Below the pieces are notes generated by a model, which ran no database searches, had not been told where the DNA came from, and saw only the letters and a program-made list of their open reading frames with translations. From Treponemataceae bacterium (lineage in GTDB: Bacteria; Spirochaetota; Spirochaetia; Treponematales; Rectinemataceae), in NCBI GenBank assembly GCA_963677895.2, contig CAXXGJ010000025.1, positions 128,001 through 192,000 on the forward strand: a stretch of DNA of 64,000 nucleotides, in the 5' to 3' direction. This document shows, one piece after another, positions 47,458-56,639 of the stretch. Numbering within the stretch: position 1 is the stretch's first letter; each line of letters begins with the position of its first letter. Both the position numbers and the translations under genes were made by a program.

Positions 47458-48789
47458 TTAGAAGATGAAGGACATGATCCAGATCGCCGCTATCGCGACG
47501 ACGCCCTCAATCGCTGTAGCCGAGGTGTAGACCTTGTAGGCGATGTTCACCTCCATATTGGAGAACTGAGACACGACCCAGAAGTAGGAATCATTGGCAT
47601 GAGACACCACCATCGAGCCGGCGCCGATAGCTATGGCGCAAAGAGCGGGGTCCAGCCCGAGGGTCGCCATCATGGGGGCGAGGATGCCCGAAGTCGTGAC
47701 GATGGCGACGGTGGACGAGCCCTGGGCCGTCTTCAAGGCCGCGGCGATCACGAACGGCAGGAATATGCCGAGGTTCATATTGGCCATGTTCATCTTTATG
47801 AAATCAGCGATGGGCGATTTCGCGAGGACCTCCCCGAAGGAGCCGCCCGCCGCGGTAATCACGAGGATGATAGCCGAATCCTTGATGCCCTCGCCCATCC
47901 AGGTGCTGATCGCTTCGCCCATTCCTCCCTTCTTGACGAGGAAGAGAGAGACGAGGACGCCGAGCATAAGAGCGACGACAGGGTCGCCGAGGAAAGAACA
48001 GGCCAGCTTGAAGCCGCCCTCCCCGAAGGGATGGGTCGGGTACTCGGCCAGTGTCTTGGCGAAGATGAGGATAAGGGGGAATACGATCGGCATGAAGGAA
48101 AGGAAGGTGTTCGGGAGTTTGCCGTATTTTTTGAGGATGTCGGAATAGGTTTCCTTGACGTCGGGATCGATCTGGTATTTCTTCGCGACTTTGAGAGCCC
48201 AGAAGAGGCCCGCGAGGGAAGCGGGTATGGCGGCGATGAGTCCGTAGACGATGACGAGCCCCAGGTCGGCGTTGAGGGCGGCCGCCGCGGCGAGCGGACC
48301 CGGCGTGGGCGGAACCATCGTGTGCGTCGCGTAGAGACCCGTTGCGAGAGCTACGGCCATGACAGCCATCGAGGTACCGGTCTCCTTGGCGAGGGCTTTG
48401 TTGAGCGGGTTCAAAATCACATAGCCCGAATCGCAGAAGACGGGAATCGATACCACGTAGCCGGCGATGTTCATTGCCAACGGCGCGCGCTTCTTGCCTA
48501 CGACCTTCAGAATAGCCTCGGTCATGGACAGGGCGGCGCCCGTGCGTTCAAGAATGGTGCCCATGATGGTGCCCGCTACGATGACGATGCCGATCTTGGT
48601 CAAGGTCCCGCCGAAACCGTTCTTGATGTAGGTGACAACATCGAGCGGCTTGATGCCGATCGCGAAGCCGTAGAAGAACGCGATGCCGATAAGCACGAGA
48701 AAGGCGTTCACTTTGTACTTACCAGTGAGGACGATGATGATCGCCACCGCGATCAACAAGTAGATAAGAGCTAATCCGCCGGAAACCAT
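47458..48789 (-). CDS. GntP-family permease
   Basis: IPVFCDSG, VPPTPGP, AQGSSTVA, SHANDSYFWV. Confidence 0.92.
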   Translation of the reverse strand: MVSGGLALIYLLIAVAIIIVLTGKYKVNAFLVLIGIAFFYGFAIGIKPLDVVTYIKNGFGGTLTKIGIVIVAGTIMGTILERTGAALSMTEAILKVVGKKRAPLAMNIAGYVVSIPVFCDSGYVILNPLNKALAKETGTSMAVMAVALATGLYATHTMVPPTPGPLAAAAALNADLGLVIVYGLIAAIPASLAGLFWALKVAKKYQIDPDVKETYSDILKKYGKLPNTFLSFMPIVFPLILIFAKTLAEYPTHPFGEGGFKLACSFLGDPVVALMLGVLVSLFLVKKGGMGEAISTWMGEGIKDSAIILVITAAGGSFGEVLAKSPIADFIKMNMANMNLGIFLPFVIAAALKTAQGSSTVAIVTTSGILAPMMATLGLDPALCAIAIGAGSMVVSHANDSYFWVVSQFSNMEVNIAYKVYTSATAIEGVVAIAAIWIMSFIF

Positions 48790-48918
48790 GAGTTAACCTC
48801 CTGCTCGATGGGTAATAGCGAAGGTTTTAGTATGGGACGATTTCTATTATAAGGAAATGGAAAAAGAATCAGACCTGCTCATTGAAAACTATGCACCGTG
48901 CACAGTTCTTGCCTTGGA

Positions 48919-50070
48919 TTATTTCGATTCAGAGAGTTCCAGGAAGCGAAAGAACAAGGCGGCGAGATCGCGGGCGCGGGAGTCAACCCTCGGGTCCGCC
49001 CCGATGAGCGAGCTGTAGCGATCGAGTCGCGCGGCAAGGGTGTTGCGATGAACGCCGAGGGATCCGGCCGCCTCCTTGACGTTGAATCCGCTTTCGACGA
49101 GCGCTTCGAACGAAGGAAGGAAATCGGCGGCGAGATCGGGGAGCAAGAACGACGTCAGGGGAGCGAAAGCGTTCACCAACTCGGCGCGCGGTATCTGCGC
49201 GATGAAGTATTCCATGAGCCTGCGGTGCGCGAAGAGGACCGGCTCTCCTTGTTCCGGATAACGGGAAGCCAGCCAGGCGGCTTGCCGGTATGCCCCGCGA
49301 TAGCGCGCGATATCGGTCTGGAACATCCCCACGTAGGCGCGTAAGCGTATCCGCCCCCCGAGGGCTTGCCGCGAGGCAGCCAGGTAATCCTCGATTTGCG
49401 ACTCGAATTCGGCGAAAATGCCCTGTTTGGAAAGCCGGATGGTCTTGAAGACGAAGATCGCACCATCGTTGGTCACCGACGAAAGATCCTCGGGACTGTG
49501 GAGACTGTTGCGCTTAATCGCCTTGAGCGTTGCCGCGGGGTCGAACCCTTCGCCCACATGGATGAGAATGGGGGCGCGAGGGAGCGCGACATCGTAGCCG
49601 AGCTTGGCGGCAAGGGCGGACGCGGCGTACCTCGGCGTTACGTCCTCGTAGAGCAAGTAGTTCAGAAGTGTGTTCTTGCTGTCTTGACGCCTAAGCATGA
49701 GATCTTTATAGAGTTCGAGTTCGACCATGGTTTCGACGCTTGTCTTCACCGCGTAAGCGACAGGCTCTACGACCGAAGGCTCGCCGGTGACGCCGACGAC
49801 GCCGATCACCTCGCTCTTGTAGAGGATCGGCAAGTTGACCCCGGGCTTGACGCCAGCGGGAAGATATTCGCTCGGTTCCACGGTCTCGATCGCCCCGCCC
49901 GACTGGACGAGCCGATGCGCGGCCTCATGGTAACTCCCCACCCTGGATTGGTCGCGGCTCGCGATAATGACTCCGTCCCTGTTCATTATGTTGATGTTAT
50001 AGTCTATGCGTTCGCCGAGACGCCGCACGAAAGCGGCTGCCAAAGCAGGATCGAGTCTCGTCGTTTCCAT
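48919..50070 (-). CDS. CdaR-family sugar-diacid regulator
   Basis: YNINIMNRDGVIIAS, GVKPGVNLP, VGVTGEP, HRNTL HTH. Confidence 0.88.
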   Translation of the reverse strand: METTRLDPALAAAFVRRLGERIDYNINIMNRDGVIIASRDQSRVGSYHEAAHRLVQSGGAIETVEPSEYLPAGVKPGVNLPILYKSEVIGVVGVTGEPSVVEPVAYAVKTSVETMVELELYKDLMLRRQDSKNTLLNYLLYEDVTPRYAASALAAKLGYDVALPRAPILIHVGEGFDPAATLKAIKRNSLHSPEDLSSVTNDGAIFVFKTIRLSKQGIFAEFESQIEDYLAASRQALGGRIRLRAYVGMFQTDIARYRGAYRQAAWLASRYPEQGEPVLFAHRRLMEYFIAQIPRAELVNAFAPLTSFLLPDLAADFLPSFEALVESGFNVKEAAGSLGVHRNTLAARLDRYSSLIGADPRVDSRARDLAALFFRFLELSESK

Positions 50071-50180
50071 TACCGCGAGTATACACCGGGCGCGCGCGGG
50101 CGAACAATCGTCGAACCGATCAACGGCTTGCCGAGTTTCCGACTTGCCCATGGACGCGTTGGCGGATACAATATCGCATC

Positions 50181-52025
50181 ATGGAATACCAGAAACGCAC
50201 GGTCACCTGCGGCGATCTTAACGCCGCCGACATCGGCAAAACAGTGGTGCTGAACGGATGGGTCCATCGCAAGCGCGATCACGGTGGGATCTCCTTCATC
50301 AACCTTCGCGACCGCTATGGCATCACGCAGGTAGTCGTCGACGATGACGCCTCGGCCGACCTCCTCGCGGCGGCGGCCGAACTCAAGAGCGAATACTGCG
50401 TCGCCATCCGCGGCACGGTGCGCGGCAGACCCGAATCCATGGTCAATCCGGACATGACAACCGGCGCGATCGAGGTAAAGGCCGACAACATCATCATATT
50501 ATCCAAATGCGCCACCCTTCCCTTCCAGATCGACGAGAAGAGCGACGCCAAGGAAGATACGCGCCTCACCTACCGCTACCTCGACTTGCGCTCCTTTTCC
50601 ATGCAGAAGAAACTGAAGTTGAGGCACGAGACCGCCTTCGCCGTCCGCGAATATCTGGTCGGCCAGGGTTTCTACGAGATCGAGACGCCCACCTTCATCA
50701 GATCGACTCCCGAGGGCGCGCGCGACTACCTCGTCCCATCTCGTCTCTATCCAGGCAAATTCTACGCCCTGCCCCAGTCGCCCCAGCTCTACAAGCAGAT
50801 CCTGATGGTGTCGGGCTTCGACAAATACTTCCAGCTCGCGCGCTGCTACCGCGACGAGGACGCCCGCGGCGACCGCCAGCCCGAGTTTACCCAGATCGAT
50901 ATCGAGATGTCTTTCGTCAAGCGCGACGACATTCTCGCCATGTGCGAAGGCCTCATGGGTTACGTTTTCAAGAAGACCCTCGGCGTCGAGCTGCCGGCGC
51001 GGTTCGTGCGCATCGCCTACGACGATTCCATCGACCGCTTCGGCTCGGACAAGCCTGACCTTCGCTTCGGTATGGAGATGCGGGATTTTGCCCCTTACGT
51101 CGAAGCCTGCTCGTTCCAGGCCTTCAAGGAAGCCCTCGCGGCCGGCGGCAAGGTCAAAGCCCTCGTCGTGCCCGGCAAGGCCGACTACTCGCGCAAGCAG
51201 ATCGAGGAACTGGAAGCCCAGGCCAAGATCTACAAGGCCAAGGGCATGGCGTGGATGAAAGTAGCGTCGCCAGCGCCTTCCGGCACTGGCGGCACGGAAG
51301 CTTCTAGCGAAGCTTCCGCGTTTGACCGGTCTGCTCGTCTCGAAGGTGGAGCCTCGAAATTCTTCGCCGCCAACGCCTCCGCCGTGGTGGAAGGCCTGGG
51401 CGCCAAGCCCGGCGATCTCATCCTCCTCGTGGCCGACGCGAAAGCCAAGGTCGCTTGCGTGTCCCTGGGCGCCGTGCGCTCCAAACTGGGACGCGATCTC
51501 GGCCTTCTCGATCCTTCCGTCTTCAAGTTCGCCTGGATCGTCGACTTCCCCATGTTCGAATGGAATGAGGAAGAGAACAAGTGGGACGCAGCCCACCACA
51601 TGTTCACGATGCCCCAGGCACAGTACCACGCGACCCTCGAATCCGATCCCGGCGCCGTCAAAGGCGATCTCTACGACCTCGTCCTCAACGGCTTCGAAAT
51701 CGCCTCGGGTTCCATCCGAATCCACGATCCCGACCTGCAGAACCGCATTTTCAAGATCGTCGGATTTACCGCGGAAGAAGCGCAGAAAAAGTTCGGATTC
51801 CTCGTCGATGCCTTCAAGTACGGCCCCCCGCCCCATGGCGGCATAGCCCCCGGCTTCGACAGGCTCGTCATGCTGATGGCCGGCGAAACTTCCATAAAGG
51901 AAGTGATCGCCTTCCCGAAGAACACCTTCGCCGTCAGTCCGATGGACCAGTGCCCGAACGAAGTGGACGAAAAACAGCTCAAGGAGATACACATCCGCAT
52001 CGTCCCGAAGGAAGAGAAACAATAG
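50181..52025 (+). CDS. aspS: Aspartate-tRNA ligase
   Basis: GWVHRKRDHGG, RYLDLR, ALPQSPQLYKQ, CYRDED, GPPPHGGIAPGFDR. Confidence 0.97.
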   Translation: MEYQKRTVTCGDLNAADIGKTVVLNGWVHRKRDHGGISFINLRDRYGITQVVVDDDASADLLAAAAELKSEYCVAIRGTVRGRPESMVNPDMTTGAIEVKADNIIILSKCATLPFQIDEKSDAKEDTRLTYRYLDLRSFSMQKKLKLRHETAFAVREYLVGQGFYEIETPTFIRSTPEGARDYLVPSRLYPGKFYALPQSPQLYKQILMVSGFDKYFQLARCYRDEDARGDRQPEFTQIDIEMSFVKRDDILAMCEGLMGYVFKKTLGVELPARFVRIAYDDSIDRFGSDKPDLRFGMEMRDFAPYVEACSFQAFKEALAAGGKVKALVVPGKADYSRKQIEELEAQAKIYKAKGMAWMKVASPAPSGTGGTEASSEASAFDRSARLEGGASKFFAANASAVVEGLGAKPGDLILLVADAKAKVACVSLGAVRSKLGRDLGLLDPSVFKFAWIVDFPMFEWNEEENKWDAAHHMFTMPQAQYHATLESDPGAVKGDLYDLVLNGFEIASGSIRIHDPDLQNRIFKIVGFTAEEAQKKFGFLVDAFKYGPPPHGGIAPGFDRLVMLMAGETSIKEVIAFPKNTFAVSPMDQCPNEVDEKQLKEIHIRIVPKEEKQ

Positions 52026-52062
52026 GTTTGTTTTTATATATACTATTTACACTATAAACTCT

Positions 52063-52090
52063 TTGCAAAACCGAAAGGCGGTGCTATAAT
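52063..52090 (+). promoter_or_regulatory. Extended -10 promoter for the cytochrome operon
   Basis: TTGCAA-N16-TATAAT with TG at the extended position. Confidence 0.6.
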
Positions 52091-52155
52091 TTCCGCGTTC
52101 CCCGAACGCATCAGCGCTCAAATCATCAATGTAGCCTTTTGACCTGGAGGTTGAA

Positions 52156-52974
52156 ATGTCCGATTCCGAAAAGACACTCGACAAAGAAGTTTCCCGCCGA
52201 AGCTTTCTGAAAACCGTTGGCTCCGGCATCGGGCTCGCGGCCGGAGCCCTCGTGCTCGGCACCGGCAAACTCGGCGCCCAGACCCCCGCGCCTGCGGGAG
52301 CCGTCGCGGAAAGTCCCTTCCCCTATGCCGAGCTCGATCCCGAGGAATCCTTTCTCAGAGGTCATGCCGGATACTATAAAGCGGGCTGCGCCTATGGCGC
52401 TTTTTACGCCGTTCTCTCGCTGATGAGGGAAAAAGTAGGCGGCCCCTACAACCAGGTTCCCCTTCGCATGCTCCGCTTCGGCGGCGCCGGCATCGCCGGC
52501 TGGGGCACGATCTGCGGAGCGCTCAACGGCTCCTGCGCCGCGATCGCCCTCACCGTTCCCGACGCCGATATCTCTAAAGTGTGCAACGAGCTTCTCGGCT
52601 GGTACACGAAGTATCCCTTCCCCAGCGCCAAATCGAACGCCCTGGCCGCTTCCGGCGGCTTCAAGTATTCCCCGGCCACCCATCCCAAGCTGAGCCTCGT
52701 GACCTCGGTTTCCGATTCCCCGCTCTGCCACGCCTCCAACGCCAAGTGGATCGCCGAATCGGGCTATGGACTCTCCACGCCCGAGCGCAAGGAACGCTGC
52801 GCCCGCCTCACCGCCGACGTGGCGGAAAAGACCGTCGAACTGCTCAACGCCTACAAGGCGGGCAAGTTCGCGCCCATCTTCAAGATCGACGAGGAAACGG
52901 CCAACTGCCTGTCCTGCCATGCCGACGACCAGGAAGGGAAGATGGCGTGCACGACTTGCCACGACCCTCACTGA
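52156..52974 (+). CDS. Split-Soret-type cytochrome c precursor (C_GCAxxG_C_C domain plus two CxxCH) with Tat signal
   Basis: SRRSFLK; GCAYG, GTICGALNG, PLCHAS, ERCARL; CLSCH and CTTCH. Confidence 0.82.
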   Translation: MSDSEKTLDKEVSRRSFLKTVGSGIGLAAGALVLGTGKLGAQTPAPAGAVAESPFPYAELDPEESFLRGHAGYYKAGCAYGAFYAVLSLMREKVGGPYNQVPLRMLRFGGAGIAGWGTICGALNGSCAAIALTVPDADISKVCNELLGWYTKYPFPSAKSNALAASGGFKYSPATHPKLSLVTSVSDSPLCHASNAKWIAESGYGLSTPERKERCARLTADVAEKTVELLNAYKAGKFAPIFKIDEETANCLSCHADDQEGKMACTTCHDPH

Positions 52975-53025
52975 TCGATAGTATTTGCCGCTAGAGAAGC
53001 CGCCCTTGGGCTGCCGAAAAAAATG

Positions 53026-53053
53026 AGGGCGGGGGTCCACCCCCGCCCTTTTC
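53026..53053 (+). terminator. Hairpin terminator/attenuator between the cytochrome gene and resB
   Basis: AGGGCGGGGG-TCCA-CCCCGCCCT-TTT. Confidence 0.6.
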
Positions 53054-53069
53054 ATATCTTGGGAGCATC

Positions 53070-54035
53070 ATGAAAAGATTTTCGGATACGGTCTACGACG
53101 CGCTGCGATCGGTGAAGCTCGCGACGGCGCTTATCATCCTCATCACCGTTTTCGCGGTGGCCGGCGGCATCATTCCGCAAGGCAGGGATGAAGCCTTCTA
53201 TCTCCACAAGTTTCCCGGCGCTCCCGCCCGGATCATCCTGGCTCTCGGACTCGACGGAATATTTTCCGGCATACCCTTCCTCCTCCTCGCGACGCTTTTC
53301 ACCACGAACCTTACCGTCTGCAGCTTTCACCGCTTCACCAAGGAGCTGAAAAAGCCGCGCGGAAACAGACGCCACGGACCCGACATCCTCCATATCGGTC
53401 TTCTCGTTTTCATTTTCGGCGGGCTTCTTACCGCGAGGACGAGATCAGAAACCCTCATCTACCTCGGCAAGGGACAGGAAGCCCGGCTCCCCGAAGGTTC
53501 CAGCATCGCGCTGATGGATCTTCGGGAGGAACGTTATCCCGACGGAAGACCGAAATCCTGGGAGTCCGACATTTCCATCGACGGGAAAGAAAGCACCATA
53601 AAAGTGAACAGCCCCCTGCGCTACAAAGGGTACACCATCTATCAGCAGGACTGGAAATCCGCGCAGCGCGCCGTCTTCGAGGACGCGGCGGGCATGAGGC
53701 TCAGCCTCGACCAGGGAGCCAAGGCCAAGATGGCCGAAGGTTCCATTTTCTTCATGACCATCGAAAAAAGCGCGCCCACGGAAATCGGGACAGATGAATA
53801 CGCCAACGCCGAAGCGGTCTTCCTTCTGGAAAATGACGCCGGTCGAAAGATCCTCAGGGCCAGGAAAGGCGACGCTATCGGACTCTTCACCTTCGCGGGA
53901 TTCGAGAAGGAGTCCATCTCGGGACTCAAGATCGTCCGCGACAAAGGCTTTCCCCTCGTCGCCGCCGGCCTCTTCCTGGTCGTTCTGGGTACTTTTCTCA
54001 CCTATATCCGTAAACTAAAAGGAATGCTCGCATGA
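53070..54035 (+). CDS. resB: Cytochrome c biogenesis protein ResB/CcsB (System II)
   Basis: SVKLA...IPQ, NLTVCS, LHIGLL, IKVNSPLRYKGYTIYQ, SGLKIVRDKG. Confidence 0.85.
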   Translation: MKRFSDTVYDALRSVKLATALIILITVFAVAGGIIPQGRDEAFYLHKFPGAPARIILALGLDGIFSGIPFLLLATLFTTNLTVCSFHRFTKELKKPRGNRRHGPDILHIGLLVFIFGGLLTARTRSETLIYLGKGQEARLPEGSSIALMDLREERYPDGRPKSWESDISIDGKESTIKVNSPLRYKGYTIYQQDWKSAQRAVFEDAAGMRLSLDQGAKAKMAEGSIFFMTIEKSAPTEIGTDEYANAEAVFLLENDAGRKILRARKGDAIGLFTFAGFEKESISGLKIVRDKGFPLVAAGLFLVVLGTFLTYIRKLKGMLA

Positions 54036-54817
54036 TATCAACCATCTCCTTCGCCCTGCTTCTCGTCAGCCTGACCGTCCAGGCGATCTATCTTTTCCGA
54101 AAGGATGGAGCCAAGGATCCCGTTTCGCACTGGCTCGCGCTGGGGTCAGGCTCCCTTCTCCTCGTGGAAATCATCAGACGGAGCGTCGCCATACGTTTCA
54201 TCGCGCTGACAGGCATGTTCGAGTCGCTGGTCTTCATCGCGTGCCTCGTTTCCATCCTTGTCTTCGCGCTGCGGTATCTCAGAAGCCTGCGTGCCGAGAG
54301 AGCCATCGCTTTCGGGGCCACGGCCCTGGCGGTCGTCTTCCTCGCGCTTGCCAGTTCACCGCTCGCCCCCGCCGATATTAAGCCGCCCGTCCCGGCGCTC
54401 CAGTCGGGATGGCTCATCCTCCACGTATCGTTTACCTTCATCGGGGAAGTGTTCTTCGCGGCGGGATTCGTGAGCGCCGTACTCCAGCTCACGACCGGAA
54501 ACGAGGAAAAGCGCAAGAATTACGACAGGCTGGCTTATACGAGCATCGCCATCGGCTACCCCATCTTCACGGCGGGAGCCCTGGTATTCGGAGCCGTCTG
54601 GGCGCAGAAAGCATGGGGAATATGGTGGAGCTGGGATCCCAAGGAAACCTGGGCCCTGATAACCTGGCTGACCTACACGGCGTACCTGCATTTCAGGCTC
54701 GTGCGCAAGAATACCAGCAAGGTGATGCCCATCCTGGTGATCGCGGGATTCCTCATCGCGATGTTCACCTTCTTCGGGGTCAACTTCCTGCTCTCCGGCC
54801 TGCACAGCTACGCCTGA
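54032..54817 (+). CDS. ccsA: Cytochrome c biogenesis protein CcsA/ResC (System II)
   Basis: PALQSGWLILHV, WGIWWSWDPKETW (WWD domain), GLHSY. Confidence 0.92.
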   Translation: MISTISFALLLVSLTVQAIYLFRKDGAKDPVSHWLALGSGSLLLVEIIRRSVAIRFIALTGMFESLVFIACLVSILVFALRYLRSLRAERAIAFGATALAVVFLALASSPLAPADIKPPVPALQSGWLILHVSFTFIGEVFFAAGFVSAVLQLTTGNEEKRKNYDRLAYTSIAIGYPIFTAGALVFGAVWAQKAWGIWWSWDPKETWALITWLTYTAYLHFRLVRKNTSKVMPILVIAGFLIAMFTFFGVNFLLSGLHSYA

Positions 54818-54829
54818 AGCAGAATATCC

Positions 54830-56143
54830 TTATTCGGGCAGTTCCTCGATCACCTTCCAGCGGCCTTCGGAATATTTGAAACGCTCGGCTTTCATGTCCA
54901 GGACGCGGCCGTCCTCGCCCGCCATCTTGACCGTGCCCGAGAGGGCATTCACTTCCACGACCTTGAAAAGCGTCCCGTCGTAGATGAACTTGACGCCCTC
55001 CTGGGGCAATTCGCGCCTCGCATCCTTGTAGAATTGGAATTCATAGCTCAAGCAGCAGAGGAGGCGGCCGCAGGGACCGGATATTTTGAGAGAGTTGAGC
55101 GAAAGATTCTGGTCCTTCGCCATCTTGATCGACACGGGATTGAGCCGGTCCGAGATGCCATGGCAGCAAAGAACGCGACCGCAGACGCCGCAGCCTCCCG
55201 TGACTCTCGCCTCGTCGCGGACGCCGATCTGGCGCAGCTCGATGCGCATCTTGAAGAGCGACACGAGATCCTTGACCAATTCCCTGAAATCGACGCGGGA
55301 CTCGGCGGTGAAATAGAAGAGAATTTTGGGTTCGTCGAGGAGATAATGGGCCGAGACAAGCTTCATAGGAAGGTTGCGCGCCCATATCTTGTCCCTGCAG
55401 AGCTCGTAGGCGTGCTTTTCCTTTTCCTTGTTGTCCTTGAGTTTGCGGAGATCGTCGATCCCGGCGGGCCGCTCGATGAGAACGATTTCGTCGGGATTGA
55501 TGAAGGCGGTATCGGTCGCCAAGCCCTGGACTTCGACCACATCTCTACCGTATTTCGTCGGCGCGATCACGAAAGCCCTGGCAGGGATACGCGGAACGGC
55601 TTTCGGCGCGACTTCTGGCAAGATGACCGCTGCGGCCTCTGGCGACACCTCCGGTTCGACCTCCGGTATGACCGCCGGTTTAACATCCGGTCCGGCTTCC
55701 TGGACGACTTCCGATATGGCTACCGTGGAAGCTTCGGCAGGAGCTTCAGCAGGAGCTTCCGCGGTAGTTTCCGCAAAAACCTCCGCTGAAGCTACCGCCG
55801 GACCCGGTTCCGGGTCGGCAAGCGTCTCGCCGGCATCCTGAGCCGGAACCTCATCGCTTTTCAGGCCATCCGAACCCGTGGCAAAGGGACCCTCGAGCAT
55901 CGCCTCGAGTTCGCGCTCCGTGCGGAAATGCGGCCACTCCGTTCCCGATGGAATATAATAGCCGTAGGAAGTCTCGCTGGAATGAATGGTCTTCAGCCTA
56001 TAGAGAATTTCCGGCAACTCGTCCAGGCTTTTGGCGCGGATTCTGGGAGCGGCTTCCTGCATCTCGGATTCGAGCATCTCGAAGTCTTCCGCGTGCCCGT
56101 TATTATTATTGTTAGTATGGTTGCCATTATGATGATTGGACAT
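54830..56143 (-). CDS. ricT: PSP1/YaaT (RicT) family protein with a long acidic N-terminal extension
   Basis: RVDFRELVKDL, RIELRQIGVRDE, GVCGRVLCC, ISGPCGRLLCCLSYE. Confidence 0.85.
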   Translation of the reverse strand: MSNHHNGNHTNNNNNGHAEDFEMLESEMQEAAPRIRAKSLDELPEILYRLKTIHSSETSYGYYIPSGTEWPHFRTERELEAMLEGPFATGSDGLKSDEVPAQDAGETLADPEPGPAVASAEVFAETTAEAPAEAPAEASTVAISEVVQEAGPDVKPAVIPEVEPEVSPEAAAVILPEVAPKAVPRIPARAFVIAPTKYGRDVVEVQGLATDTAFINPDEIVLIERPAGIDDLRKLKDNKEKEKHAYELCRDKIWARNLPMKLVSAHYLLDEPKILFYFTAESRVDFRELVKDLVSLFKMRIELRQIGVRDEARVTGGCGVCGRVLCCHGISDRLNPVSIKMAKDQNLSLNSLKISGPCGRLLCCLSYEFQFYKDARRELPQEGVKFIYDGTLFKVVEVNALSGTVKMAGEDGRVLDMKAERFKYSEGRWKVIEELPE

Positions 56144-56249
56144 AAATTCGTCTCCTTGGGATCCATGGCGAAACGTCGATGCCATAGTATAAGCGCCACC
56201 ATAGTATCATGAAAATTCGGGAATTAAAACCGCGCCGGAAACAGGCGCT

Positions 56250-56639
56250 TTACCCGGCGTTTTCCGGATCGACGGCGCCCAGGACGCTGCCCAGAAAGAG
56301 CGCTCCGTCTTCCAGCACAAAGCCGGGCGATTGTACGTCGGCTTTGACTTGGGCGGTGGAAGCCAGGCGGACCGATTTTCTCCCTTTGATCAAACCGGAG
56401 ACCTTTCCCGCAACGATGATATCATCCGCCTCGATCTCGGCCTCCGCCTTGGCGCCTTCGGCGATCACCAGGGTTCCGGTGGCGGAGAGCTTCCCGGCGC
56501 ATTCGCCTTCGAGGCGGAGAAGGCCTACGCAGGAGAGGGTTCCCTCGAGCCGGGAACCTTTCCCGATTACGCAGGCGGAAATGCCGGATTTACCGGCTAA
56601 AACGACTGTCTTGACCTTTTTCGATGTATTTTTTTTCAT
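56250..56639 (-). CDS. Bactofilin (polymer-forming cytoskeletal protein)
   Basis: VIGKGSRLEGTL...LRLEG...IVAGKVSG...LEDGALFLG beta-helix pattern. Confidence 0.88.
   Translation of the reverse strand: MKKNTSKKVKTVVLAGKSGISACVIGKGSRLEGTLSCVGLLRLEGECAGKLSATGTLVIAEGAKAEAEIEADDIIVAGKVSGLIKGRKSVRLASTAQVKADVQSPGFVLEDGALFLGSVLGAVDPENAG

Noticed and set aside
50181..52025. Firm call of non-discriminating AspRS
   Set aside because: RDHGG suggests it, but the second determinant position looks ambiguous by eye
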